Shown here piece by piece: positions 50,756 to 63,064 of a stretch of DNA of 64,000 bases. Source of the DNA: Ramazzottius varieornatus (Eukaryota; Animalia; Tardigrada); the NCBI GenBank assembly GCA_001949185.1, contig BDGG01000007.1, positions 1,384,730 to 1,448,729 on the forward strand, written 5' to 3'. The translations under genes were made by a program, and so were the position numbers. The stretch's first letter is position 1. Every line of letters starts with the position of its first letter. Under the pieces are notes generated by a model. The model searched no databases. It had not been told where the DNA came from and saw only the letters and a program-made list of their open reading frames with translations.

Positions 50756-50911
50756 ACTGTAGTGCTACCAAATTATCGCGCACTCAACGACGTGAACAGT
50801 AAATGATGCCCGGGTGAGAGCCAGCGAGGCTAAACTGACGACATCTGATCACACCGGACAGCGATGACTCATCACGTGGTTTAGTGTGCGATAATTTGGT
50901 GGCACTACAGT
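50756..50911. mobile_element. MITE-like element (~156 bp) with ~33-bp terminal inverted repeats
   Basis: ACTGTAGTGCTACCAAATTATCGCGCACTCAAC ... GTTTAGTGTGCGATAATTTGGTGGCACTACAGT. Confidence 0.75.
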
Positions 50912-50956
50912 GCCATCCTCGGTTAGACCTTTGCTTCCAATACGAAATCTGAACAT

Positions 50957-51148
50957 GAGCTCGGCAAACAGACTCAGCCGGATCGTTTTTTTCAAGGGGT
51001 GCATGCTACCAGCCAGTAACTTCGGAAATGTGCGCCACTTAAATACACAGCCAGATCGTTTTTTCTAGTGGCGCATCCAACAAGCAAACAACACTGAAAA
51101 TGTGCGCCACGCGGGAAAACTATATCGTCAAGTTCGTTTGTCGAGCTC
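50957..51148. repeat. Full-length palindromic repeat copy with outer arms and two internal modules
   Basis: GAGCTCGGCAAAC...two hairpin cores...GTTTGTCGAGCTC. Confidence 0.85.
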
Positions 51149-52799
51149 TTCAATACTAAAAGAGTCCACTAGCGAGATAAATCTTACTTACCTCTGGATC
51201 AAGTACTTGCGAACGTCACGTTGATGGCGTCGACGAAGGAGAAGTGCATTCTGGACGACCCAGTCGAGCTGCGAAGCGTCTTCGAAAGGCTACACAAACT
51301 CTTCTAAGGCATCACTCATGGCCCTATAGTTCCCCTCAAAATCTCCCACAAGTTGCACTGACATTTCGGGTATCATACTTCACGAGAAGCGCCAGTCGAC
51401 TCTGGGAGTCAGTTCGACCAATTCAAACTGACAGTTGATAAGCGTCAAGTTCAAGGGACGATCCCACCGCTCGTAGCGTACAATAAAACCGAAGATATTG
51501 GCCTTGATTATTCGCATTATTCAACAAATATTCGAACTGGGCAATGCTGTTATGGAAGTGGCGCACGCTTCTAGGTAATAACACCAACAACGTCCGCCAC
51601 TTCGGAAGAATGATCAAACTCGACAAGGTTGCTTTTCGCATGTCGCGCACACTCCCAGCCACCAACACCAGCAACGTACGGCACTTGGGAAAATGACTAA
51701 CCTTGACAGATTGTTTCTCCCAAGTGGCGCACGCTCCTAGGTAACAGCACCAATAACGTGCGCCCCTTCGGTAGAACGATCAAATTTGCCACAATTACTC
51801 TTGGGAAAAAAGACTAAGATACCCTTACCTTCGTAAAGTCGGACGCTTCAACGCGCTGACACTTTCGAGAATATCGGCCAGAAGGTAATAAGGAAGCTGC
51901 TGGAATGTTAGAGAGTCTACGGGATTGTGTTTGAACCGCTTTGCCAGAGAATACAGAGGGTTTCCGGTGCTGAGACGGCATCGATGGGGCGCTTTCGTCC
52001 GACGCCGGTATTACATCGCAGCGTCCTCTTGTCAACGGCAGGCCTTTCGAACGAAAACCGGAAACGCGAGTGGACTCTCCCAGTGTCAGACAGCACTTTC
52101 TTGGAAGGAGGAGGGAGATTTGCCGTCCTGCTGATGAGCGATCCATAATCGTCCATCCATTCCGACGATCGCTTCATCCTGACATCGTTACGATGGTCCC
52201 GCGCCTCACGTCGTCGACCGCCACGATCTCCCATCTCCGTATACTGATCCTGCGTATCTACAAAAAAAATATGGGAACTAGCAGCTACCGTAGGAAGAAG
52301 CAGATATGGCTTACCTGAAGGATGAGATTGTTCGCAATCCGAAAATCGAGGGACAAGTCCGAGAAGACGTCGAAAATAAAAGAATGACTTTTTCCATCAG
52401 ATTCAGCTGTATTACTGTAACACCGTTCTGGCAGAGAGCATTCTTTAGCCACCTGGACGGATGATATCATCGTCTGGACAAAAAGGCGCAATTCTCGGCG
52501 AAAGAAGGCGCCACATGGCGATTGGCTGTGCGCACTATGGCTCTTCTGCCTTTCTCTTTGAACTTCAACACGGTGGGCGGAGTCAGCGCGCAAGCAGTGC
52601 ATTGCATGTGCGTGATCGCCTCAGCAGCCCAGTTCAAAACTTGAAGCAAAGAAAGCCAGGAGGATGTTCTTGTCAACTTCGTATTGCTGAGAAAAAGGAC
52701 GAAATACCAGACAAACTTCTGACGGGTCATGCAGCAGCAATGGAAATAAGATTCAGGTTTCAGACGTTCTCAACGTCGGAGATTCATGCAGAAACGTAC

Positions 52800-54300
52800 C
52801 GAGAAACGCACTAAGTTACTGATCATCTCACAGACGTGGGTCGCATCGACAGCTAATGTTCCCAGAAGACATCGCCGAACATGAGGTTGCAGCGAATAAC
52901 CACTGGGTAGATGGCACAATCCAGCTCGAAGATGCCCTTCTTGAACATCGTGACCACCATGCCGTGGATACGAGCACCTGCGAAAATCATATCGCGATCG
53001 TACATCAAACTTCTTCGATGCGGAAGAAGCTAACTTACCTTTGGGGAAGATGAGGATGGTGGGCTTGGTCGGGCCCAAGACATGTTCCTGCATACGCTAC
53101 ATGACGAGAGCGTGGTCCTTCGGCTCGGCAGGATCGAAGCATTTGGAGACGAAAGCCCTGGCGATTTGACGCTGACGGAACCCGAAAGGACCGCCGAGCA
53201 GCCCAACCTGGAAAGGAAAATGTGTTTACTTCGTGCAAAGCAAACCGAAAAAGGACCGCGGGAAACAAACGTGGCAGGATTGCTTTCCCAAGTGGCGCAC
53301 ATTGCCGGTGTTACAGGCCGAAATTGTGGCCGAAAACAATACCGATTTTCTACTGCTTGTTTCCCGAGCTCGCAGAATATTTCGAATTTCTGGGATAGAA
53401 AATAAGTTAAAAATAGGAAATTAGGAAAAAGCCTTACGACAGAGTAAACGTGGTGTGCTGCGTCAAGCAAAATCCGCCCCGCGTTACAGTATTCTGAATG
53501 TCTCTGTGAAAGAAATGCACAACTTCAATAAAGACTGAATATAAAATACCAGAAAGATATCAGGTGACGGCACCTATGGTGGTAACTGGCCTGCAGGCTC
53601 AAGCTGCGAGCAGAAGACGAACGGTTACTGTGTTCGAGTAGCGCGACAGCGAGACCTTGAAGTTTCCTTCAGGAGAACGCGCGATTACCATGGCGGTGAT
53701 CAGTACCATCATGTTGCCAAAGACGGCCACCAAAACGAATGGGGAAAAGAATGAAGTGGCCGCAGAAAGCCTGGAAACCTGCAAAGCGAATTTCCTTTTC
53801 CGGCGGAATCGTAGTCAGCATACTCTCAACATGCTCTTACCAGATAAGGGACAAACTCCGATTCATGTGCTGGTAGCCCTTGTTGTTTCTCGTCAAGATA
53901 TTCCACGCAGCAAGTTCTATGAAAAGCAAACGTACAATTAGACCAGACACAAACTGGATTCTTCTCGCGGCAGTTCCGTGAGGATAGCCGAGGAACCCAG
54001 TTGTGCATTCCTTCCCGAGAATGCAGCAATTACATTACATAACAACATGACACACAGCGTAATCCAACATGCGAACCTGCCCATGACGTCATACCTGTTC
54101 TGCAGGACAACGGTACTCATACAGTCGCACTGCATTACTCAGCCAAGTGAGCGAACCCGATACGTCATACGCGAATAACGCGATGGAATAGTGTTATTCA
54201 ATATTGCTCATGAAATCTTACCTTCCGCATGAGAGGCTTTCGTAGTTTCATCCTCAATAATATCCTTCCGTCCGAACATGACCACGGGACAGACACCACT
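52800..54300 (-). pseudogene. Decayed, intron-retaining duplicate of glycerol-3-phosphate acyltransferase 3/4
   Basis: GRKDIIEDETTKASHAE; GNMMVLITAMVIARSPEGNFK; KDHALVM*RMQEHV...PTILIFPKG|ARIHGMVVTMFKKGIFELDCAIYPVVIR...FGDVFW. Contains stops and frameshifts, and FPEG has become FPKG. Confidence 0.8.
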
Positions 54301-54921
54301 CACCCTGAAATTTCCAGGTGTAACGGACGGACCATCGTTGAAGGGGACATCGAAGGACTGTATTTCTTGGTCCGAGTCCAGCACATGCGTCTTGCTCGTT
54401 GTCATCGTCGTCCTCTCGATCATAGCTCGATTCGATTCGATTCGATTTGTCCACCTCCAAACTAGGATCAGAAAGCCACCTTGCATGAAGTTTCTTACTG
54501 GCAGGCGGTGACCAGTTTAGAGTGCGCCATTTCGATTGCTATGGACTAATCAAGTACCCGCGGGCAGGGTGTCAATCAAGCGATACTATGTGACGGAACC
54601 GAAACGCCCTGTGTGATAGTATGAGTAAGCATGCGTCACCTGGGTTCCACCCGGGCGTGCCTGTGTAAACAAACAAGCTTGTTCCCTGTCGCGCACCAAG
54701 CACGCGCCGACAAAGAATATGTCAGGCAAGTTGGGTCTTTGCACTTCTAGGAGATGGAGACTTTGCCCCAGAGGGTGCGGGGGCTTTTAGTGACCGAGCT
54801 TGATTGCTGAACATATCTTCTTTAGCTTTCAAGCTTCGTCGACGTCTCTAGCGATTTCTTCGGAATCTTCATTCCAAAGCGATCCAACTTGTGTTTTTTC
54901 TTGACGACATAAACTGCAATC

Positions 54922-57900
54922 ATGGCGCAACAATCTGGGTATGGGTAAGTCAGACCTTTCTTCGAATTTCTCTTGAAATACAGGGTATGGGAAAAGCCGA
55001 TCGGGGAGGCTAGTCAAGGAGGCTACGATTGATTGACGCAAAGGTCCTCTGGGTCCCTGTCTACCATTCCCAAGTTGCTACCGGTTTCGCTGGATCATCG
55101 TTTTCACGCGAAAACGACGGGGTGAAAGTTGTGCCTTGGGAAGTTGTGGGTTGAACAAGTGCGAGACGGGGTAAATCGGTGGAGTCTGGATGGCGAAGTG
55201 ACGCATCGAAGGTTGAACATCTGGCCATCTTGTATCAGCTTCCTTCGCAGTAATTCCGCCGATTATAAACCCTCTTTTGTACGTCTCGGTCTGATACTCT
55301 GATAGTCAATTTCACAGTTTGTTTTTAGAGAAATCAGGACTGGAAAACGAGCAGATGGATCCGATTGGACGTTGCGCAATATTCCGCTACGGGAATATTG
55401 CCCATCTTACCTTTTTTATTCTGTTCTGGTGCTGTGGATGGAGATCCATACCTTCAGCTGTTCATCAGAAACTAGCTCATTTTCGCTGAATTTTCTAGTG
55501 GGAAAAATTGGCAGTCTTTTGAATGAAACAGGATCTATGGGGAGGAAATTTATCCCAGTCTAAATAATTCCAGGATGCGCACTGGTGCAGTTTTTCTGAG
55601 TAGGACGTTCATATCCTACGCCAGTCTGGTTCTGGTTAGGGCAGTAGGAGCATTAGCCACGTTGCACTGCCACTGTATGCTGATACATGGTGTGTGCGCC
55701 AACAGGTGTGCACGTAGTGAGGAACGAGTCGCTACGGTTGATTGACATCTCTGATTGGCCTTCCCGTCCTGTAGTGGCTTTTCCCGACCAAAGCCGGTTC
55801 TATTCTTCCCTACTTGTACTTGATCGTGTCTTTTTGTGGTTGCAGTGATGCAAACGGACAGCCAGGTGGTGATGGTCAGGAGAAGAACGCCGCTGGTGAT
55901 TTGATCACTCGCGATGGCGATCAAGTTATCGAGGTAATCGAATTTGCTCCGGTATGCGTTTGATGACACCTGACTGCCAGTCTTCTTTCCTCCACCACAG
56001 TCCAACTGGAACGAAGTCACCGAGACTTTCGATGACATGGGCTTGAAGGAAGAGCTGCTTCGTGGTGTTTACGCCTATGGTTTCGAAAAGCCTTCTGCTA
56101 TCCAGCAACGGGCTATCATGCCATGCATTAAAGGTGTGTTTGTAGTTTGGCTCTTCTCTGACCGTCACTCGGTTTCCTGACTGCGATTTTTTCTGTTCCA
56201 GGTCGCGATGTGATTGCTCAGGCCCAGTCCGGTACGGGCAAAACAGCCACCTTTGCTATTAGTATCCTCCAGAACATTGACATCAACAATCCGGAGTGTC
56301 AGGCCATGGTTCTGGCTCCTACGCGAGAGTTGGCCACTCAGGTAAGAGTTTCAAACTCCAGATTAGCCGTGTAATCCAGACTTATCTCGTGTGGAAGTGT
56401 GGAACGTATTTGCGATGGTCGAGTTGAGTGGGGACAGACTATGAGCCTGTATAACCGGGATTCGATTCCCCGGAAGGGCAACTTTTTGACTTTCGAGTTT
56501 CATTTTTGGATTTCACTTGTTTCTTGGTCTAACTCGTTTGTCTTCTTTGTTGCAGATTCAAAAGGTGGTACTGGCTCTGGGAGACTACATGAAGGTCCAA
56601 TGTCATGCCTGCATTGGTGGAACTTCGATCGCGACCGATCAAGTGAAGCTTGGTGCTGGCCAGCATGTCGTGGTGGGCACACCAGGGCGTGTTCTTGACA
56701 TGATCTCCCGGCGAATTTTCCGTGAGATCTGTTTTATAGAAGGTTAATTTCGTTACAGTATAACGTGGTTTAACGAATGGCTTTCATTACAGGCGTAAAC
56801 TCACTGAAGATGTTTGTTCTGGACGAAGCCGATGAAATGCTGAGCAGAGGTTTCAAGGAACAGATCTACGATGTGTTCAAGAACGTCCCTTCCAATGTCC
56901 AAGTAAGCACTTTTGCGGCTTCCCGTCTCGGATTTTGGTGTGTAAAACGAACCAGGATTACCAGGCCAGCATTTAACTTCTCTTTTTTGATTTTAGGTAG
57001 TGCTTCTTTCAGCCACGATGCCACCGGAAGTACTGCAGGTGACCAAGAGTTTCATGCGAGAACCCATTCGCATCTTGGTCAAGAAGGAAGAGCTAACGTT
57101 GGATGGTATCCGTCAGTTCTACGTCAACGTCGACAAGGAGGTAAATCATTCTTCTAGTTTGACGTTTCGTCTTATTGTCGCCCGATGAAAAATTTCTCAG
57201 TTGGGAACTCGGTTAACAAACTCGACAAGTTTGCCTTTTAAAGTGGTGCACGTTCTCAGTGATAGTGGTTGAAAGTGTGCGCCACTTGGAGGAAGGATCT
57301 TGGTCGGTTTCTTGGCGAGCGTCCGGTCCGTTTGAAAGCTTGCTGAATGTCTCGTTTGATTTGACAGGAGTGGAAAGTTGAAACGCTGAACGACTTGTAT
57401 CAGACAGTTTCCATTGCACAGTCCATTATCTTCTGCAACACGCGGCGAAAGGTAGACATGTTGACGCAGAAGATGTCCGAGAAGGACCACACCGTCAGCA
57501 GTATGGTAAGAAATGGCTTGGTGTCCACCTTTTCTTCCAATTGTGACTTTCAGCAGCGTCTGTCAATAGTCTTTTGTGTTTCCAGCACGCTGATATGACA
57601 CAGGATGAGCGCTCGAATATCATGAGGGAGTTTCGCAGTGGCTCCAGCCGTGTCCTGATCACCACCGACTTGCTGGCTCGTGGCATCGACGTTCAGCAGG
57701 TCAGCTTGGTCATCAACTTTGACCTACCCAACAACCGCGAGAACTACATTCATCGGTAAGACCTGCAAACACTTTCAGTACGATTTTTCGGGGCTACGTT
57801 TTGGGTGGACGATGTCTTGGGTTGGTATTACGATTTGGCAACACGAACCTGGATACATAAGTTGGTTGTCCTCAGGTGGATGATGACTTATATTAGTATT

Positions 57901-58138
57901 CATCCTTGCACGTCACGAACCTGCATACATAATTCTGATGATGTCTTGTTCGAGTGGAAATTATTATTGATGTCAACTTGTGATTATTTGCAGTATTGGT
58001 CGAGGTGGTCGCTTTGGTCGTAAAGGATGTGCCATCAACTTTGTAACGAAGGATGATTTCCGCCTGATGAAGGACATCGAGCAGTACTACAACACAAAGA
58101 TTGACGAAATGCCAACGGATATTGCCAATCTTTTGTAG
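54922..58138 (+). CDS. EIF4A: Eukaryotic initiation factor 4A (DEAD-box helicase), multi-exon
   Basis: [63 protein letters not shown]|[11 protein letters not shown]; stop at 58136-58138. Confidence 0.97.
57875..57942 (+). ncRNA. Candidate intronic box C/D snoRNA in the last eIF4A intron
   Basis: Box C ATGATGA at 57880-57886, box D CTGA at 57935-57938, about 55 nt upstream of the 3' splice site; no clear terminal stem. Confidence 0.3.
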
Positions 58139-58922
58139 ACGTTCGACTATCTTTTTCACAACTGCTTCTTCTTCTGTTCTTCTTTTCTGCTCTTCTTCGT
58201 TGTCGTTAATATCCGCTAGTACTAATATACACTGGGAAAAAATAATATTGGAAAAACATGGGAGATAGTTGTTAACTGATTCCACATAAATTGCGCCGAG
58301 ATTCACTTTCAAGTTTTTCTTCTGTCATGTCGGGTTTTTGGGGCTCGTTGGTCGACATTATGGGGTGAAGCAAACAGGATGATTGACTGTCGATGCTGTC
58401 GCTTTAACTTAGGTACTGTGTATGGCGCGTGGGAAAATGAGCTAAACCAAGTCGTTTTCCCAAGTGGCGCAGACCATCACCCAGTAACAATGGAAACGTG
58501 CGCCACTGGAGACGGAGATCTTCTAGCTCCAATTCATTTTCACGCGCACCGTATTCTGCCGAGGTGGAAGAGCACTTCCTTGCCGGTTCTCCTGCGCTGT
58601 CACAATCTCGGGAGAAGGATGTATGTAGGGAGAATGAGTCGTAGAAGCGGACGGCTTCTCGACCACAAGGGAGTAAGTATTCCGGAGCGCGAGCAAATCT
58701 TCGCTCATCAACGTTGTTCAAGGCTCACAGTGTCAGCTTGAGCGACATGTAGCGACATCGGCACCTTCTTCGAACGTCCGCGTGTCAGCGACCCGAAGCC
58801 ATCCTTGCGGATGGGAGTAAGAATAAGTAGGTACAGGTTGATGCGTAACTTCCAACAACACGAGGACCAAACCTTCTTAAAACTGTTAAACCGTTCCGGA
58901 AGTTACATTTCTGACAAACCCA

Positions 58923-60501
58923 TCACAGTTTAATCGTCCTTAGCTTCGTTGAAAGTTCGGTGGCTGTTATATTCAGAGAATCCGCCGCAATATACCCGGC
59001 GTAGTCACAGCATGCGCTTTTCGAACCAGCAGATAATAGATCGGTACCATTATACGCGCCAAAACAGTGCGGAAGGTGATATGTATGTAAATGTATGGGT
59101 CCGTCCAGTGTACAGTTTGCCGGTAAGGAAATCGGGTTATCGAGATCGAGTTGCGTAAAGGGATATTTGTTGCCCATTTCGAGTACTTCGTTGATGGCGA
59201 TATGCGATGCATACAGTCCTAAAACGCCATAATGCCATTCCGGCCACATGGACGCCGCACCCCAGAAGGCTTGTGAACGCGTCTTTGGCGAGAACTCCCT
59301 CTTGCTCAGATGGACCATCCAATACACGGCTCGTTTGGCAACCTCTGCAACCAAGGATGGAGACCCAATCCAGGTGGAACCAATGTTCCAGACAGTTGAA
59401 TTGAAATAGGTGCCGCTATTATTGGCTACTTGGCCCAGCTTGTGCATGTTGTACTGGTCACCGTAACCACCGGTTCCCGTGACGAGACCACAGTGGGGAG
59501 GTAGCCACTGGCCGAACGCTGGTGTGAACACAACGCCGAGATCGACACGAACGACATAATCATAGTTGACATAGGCTTGTGATTTCTCGGCCAAGGCTAT
59601 CAATGAATCACCGGGAGGATATTCCCTTAATTGTGCCACCAGGTCTTTCTCGTAGTCTAGAAGCAGAAAAAAGAGCAAACTAACGTAGAGAATACATGGC
59701 ACGAGGCCAAAGGGGCAGATCCAGATCGATCTCCCAAGTGGCGCACATCGCCGACCAACAGCATCAAAGACGAACGCCACTTGAAACAACGATTCTGCCC
59801 AGTTTAATCGTTGTCTCAAGTGGCGCATGTTTGTGGTACTACAGTCCGGAAGTGTGCGTCATGTTGGAGAACAGTCTTGGAGGGTGTGTTCTCTCATGTT
59901 TCACATTAGTGAGCGACCATTTTCTACCTGTTGATCCCGCAGTTGGTATGCGGCTTGATATTGGAATGTGTTTCACGAGGATGCATTTGAACGGGTCGGA
60001 AGCCTTTCGTCGCGGAGTTAATTTGCATCCGAGGTCCACCAAGTGAGACAGTGTAACGTTCTCTGTGTAAATTACGATGTCAGTTCTCCACGCTGGCGGT
60101 TCGGTTTTCACGACTTCAAGCAGACTTCTCATGCACCACGTCAGTCGTTCCAAGGACGTGTTCAGTCCTAGAACTGACAAGTATACCACCACAGCTCGAG
60201 TCAACGGTCGTGCACGGGCAGCGTCCGGTTCGGCGTATGGACACTTCTGTCCCATGGGATCTGGAGTAGCAGTTTTCGATGGCGCAACGTATAAATCGGA
60301 TGATTTATCTTTCGCTTCGGTGGCATGTTCTTTCAGTCCCATGTACAAGCCCGCCCCTTTGTGTTTCAGTCCATAGTATGAGTCGGGTATTCCTTGCCGC
60401 ATCGCGTTTCTCCTGTTGTGGGTCATGACAAACAGAGTCGACAGTATCCCGGCCAATAACAGAAGAAATCCTGGGGCGATAAGACGGATCGCTTTCCTCA
60501 T
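58923..60501 (-). CDS. Type II membrane protein of an uncharacterised, GT-A glycosyltransferase-like family (copy 1)
   Basis: N-terminal TM helix; RAVVVYL...WRTDIVIY; one intron (~59658-59927, contains the palindromic repeat); YDYVVRVDLGV, TG.GGY, WPEWHYGV, HLHTY. Confidence 0.65.
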
Positions 60502-61517
60502 TTCTTTTCACTTCCTTGTCGTTACCGGGATAGCCGATCAGCTGACACACTTTAACTGTTCTTTCTTAAGCTAAAAACATGGATACGGTCAGTTCTGCTG
60601 ATGATCATGGTTTTGCACCTTGAAGCATACACTCAAGTGGAGCAACGGAATATTCTTTGAGCTGGAAAGAGCTATGAGCAAAAATCATACTTCGTTCTTT
60701 CCATAGTGCCATCGAACAGCAGTTTGCGCCTAGACAAAGCAATGACTCAGACCTTGCGTACAGTACGGAGATCTAGTGGTCAAACTAAGACCTGTATGCT
60801 ACAGCAAAATTTATCTTGGCTACTGACGCAGATGGCTTCTTGCACAGATCGAAAGCAGCACAACGTACGGATAAATTCGCTGAGTCCGTGTTTGTTCGTT
60901 AGAAACTCTCCTGCATTGATACGCACAGCAGTGACGTTAACACACATTGAGCCGACGAAATGCGCCACCTGTTGATTGAATGGACAGTTCTTAGTAAATG
61001 TCCAAAGACCTCAGAATTCAAGGTCTGAATTCGTTTCCATGCATTCGAGTGAGTGTCCGTGTTGTCCTTGCTGGGGAGCTGTCCGAAAGCAGGTTTCACA
61101 TGGCGGTATAAAATAGTACCGGTTTCTGAAAAGCAATTCAAATTAATTGCGGTATTCCGAAAGCCAGCCGTGATTAAAGTTATACTCTACGAGCAAGCGT
61201 TCGCGACATACTGTCCCGATTTGATAAAGCTGTCTATATATTCTTTATCGGACATCACTGAGATCGAAACTTGATGTACGGCCCAAGGTCAATTTTGATC
61301 TACGCCGGCATGCTAGTGCTCAAATTTCTTGACGTACGAATTTGCTTGCTCAGCCGAGAGTGCTTCGTACGAACCTCACGGATGATCACAACGCGTTGTC
61401 CAACTGAAATGTAAGAAACAGACGTACTTACAGCTTTAAGACATGCAAGCGCCGTTGCAATTCGCCGACGTCGATTCACCGACCGTGAATCTTCAGCTTA
61501 CCGAGGCTCATGTTCAA

Positions 61518-62890
61518 ATGCTATGACGTCACGTGTTCATTTTCAGCGCACTTTTGATGGCCACCGTTTATCTGACTTACATAGGATACAAGTCGTTCAG
61601 TTATGATCCAGAAACTGATGGGTATTGTTTCTCGATGTTTGTGGGAGGTTTCTATGCACCGGGGGAATCTGGCCAAAAAGGAATATGGCGCGCACCTTGC
61701 AACCTCGTGTACCGAGAAAGCCGGAGGTACGTTGCGTCCCCGTTCTTCGTTCTGAGTTCACAGTGAAAGGTAACCGAATTGTGAGGAATTTACAGCGAAT
61801 CAGTCAACTGTTTACTAAGACGAGCAGCCCATCTGAACAAGGAGATCCACATTGTCTTGCTGGGAGACTCGCGAGTTCGCCAAATTCGGGACGGACTGAT
61901 CAACCACCTGTCGGGAGTAGAGCACGATATCTACGTCAACCCAGCGGTGCCATACACCCAACAGTACCGCGAGAGTTTAAATGTAACCATAGCCAGCGCC
62001 AACACGCGCATTGAGTTCTTTTGGGCAGTCGAAGTGGACGAGCATGGCGGAACTTTCGGACAGGCGTTACGCGCGCTGCAAAACAGTTCTGCCAAGCCGG
62101 ATATAATTATTGTCGGAGCCGGAATATGGATGATGAAACAGTGTACCACTCAAAATGTCACGCAGGTGGAATGTGTCAAGAGATTTAAAAGGTAAATGCC
62201 GAACCGGTGTACTCAGTGCGCGTCGCCGAATGTTTCAGTCGGGAAAGGTGCAGCTGAAAGTCAACAAAAGATTTTAGCCGAATTGCTGTCTCATGAGGCG
62301 CACCTTACGTGATGGCCGAGAGGGTGCGCCACGTGGGGAAAACAATATGGGTAAATTCATTGCCGACGTCCCAGATCGATAATACGGTGGTGATATTCGG
62401 GGCTTGACTGAGAATCCTGTTCCAGGAATTTTGTGGAGCCCATGGAGATCCTCAACCGTTTTGCAAGTACCAGCGCTGTTATCTGGACTCCTCAGAATTT
62501 GGTGGATGAACCCCGTCTGGTAAATTTAGAACCAGCCCATAGGTATTAAGACGTTCGAACAGTCTCAACATGCGCATAGAATAATTTGAGGTTGCGGTTT
62601 GATTTCTGTTTTTTTTATTTGTTTTCAGGGAGCTTACAAACAAAAACATGATACTGTACAACAACGCGATGCGAAAGGAATTGATGGATGACCCGCTGAA
62701 TAAAATTATATACTGGGATACATACCTTCAAACCGATTTGCAAATCGACGACACACCGGACGGCCTTCACGTTGGCCCCATGACAAGAAACGTTGACATA
62801 CAAATTCTGTTAAATCTCTTGTGCAATCCGTACGCCGAAAAGCGTCTGCTGAAATTTGGTGCCGATACGTGCTGCTGCTGTAAAAACTGA
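61518..62890 (+). CDS. PC-esterase / CASD1-N-like SGNH O-acyl esterase/transferase, possibly pseudogenised
   Basis: N-terminal TM; VLLGDSRVRQI; KPDIIIVGAGIW; DGLH. Apparent early stop (ATG CTA TGA) and a frame discrepancy near 61815. Confidence 0.65.
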
Positions 62891-63064
62891 ATGTTGAGGA
62901 CGACATTTGCAGCCGATTGTATTTTTCCATTCGTTTCAGTCTTTTGTGTATTGTTGGTGCACATATCTGTGACCGAACTTTCATATGGCTGTTATGAAAC
63001 CGTTGAAACGCACAAATTTGTACAAAGGGAAAAAAAACAGGATATAAATAACAATCAGAAAATC

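Noticed and set aside
51190-52330. Exon-like segments on the minus strand downstream of the GPAT pseudogene
   Set aside because: Splice-like signals are present, but the frames are interrupted and no product could be recognised.
1-58138. Functional clustering of translation factors 4E-T and eIF4A
   Set aside because: They are more than 50 kb apart with unrelated genes between them; likely coincidence.
585-62380. CRISPR-array or bacterial REP interpretation of the repeat-spacer-repeat motif
   Set aside because: The repeats are inverted pairs dispersed in spliceosomal introns of a eukaryote, the spacers share a loose consensus, and there are no cas genes.
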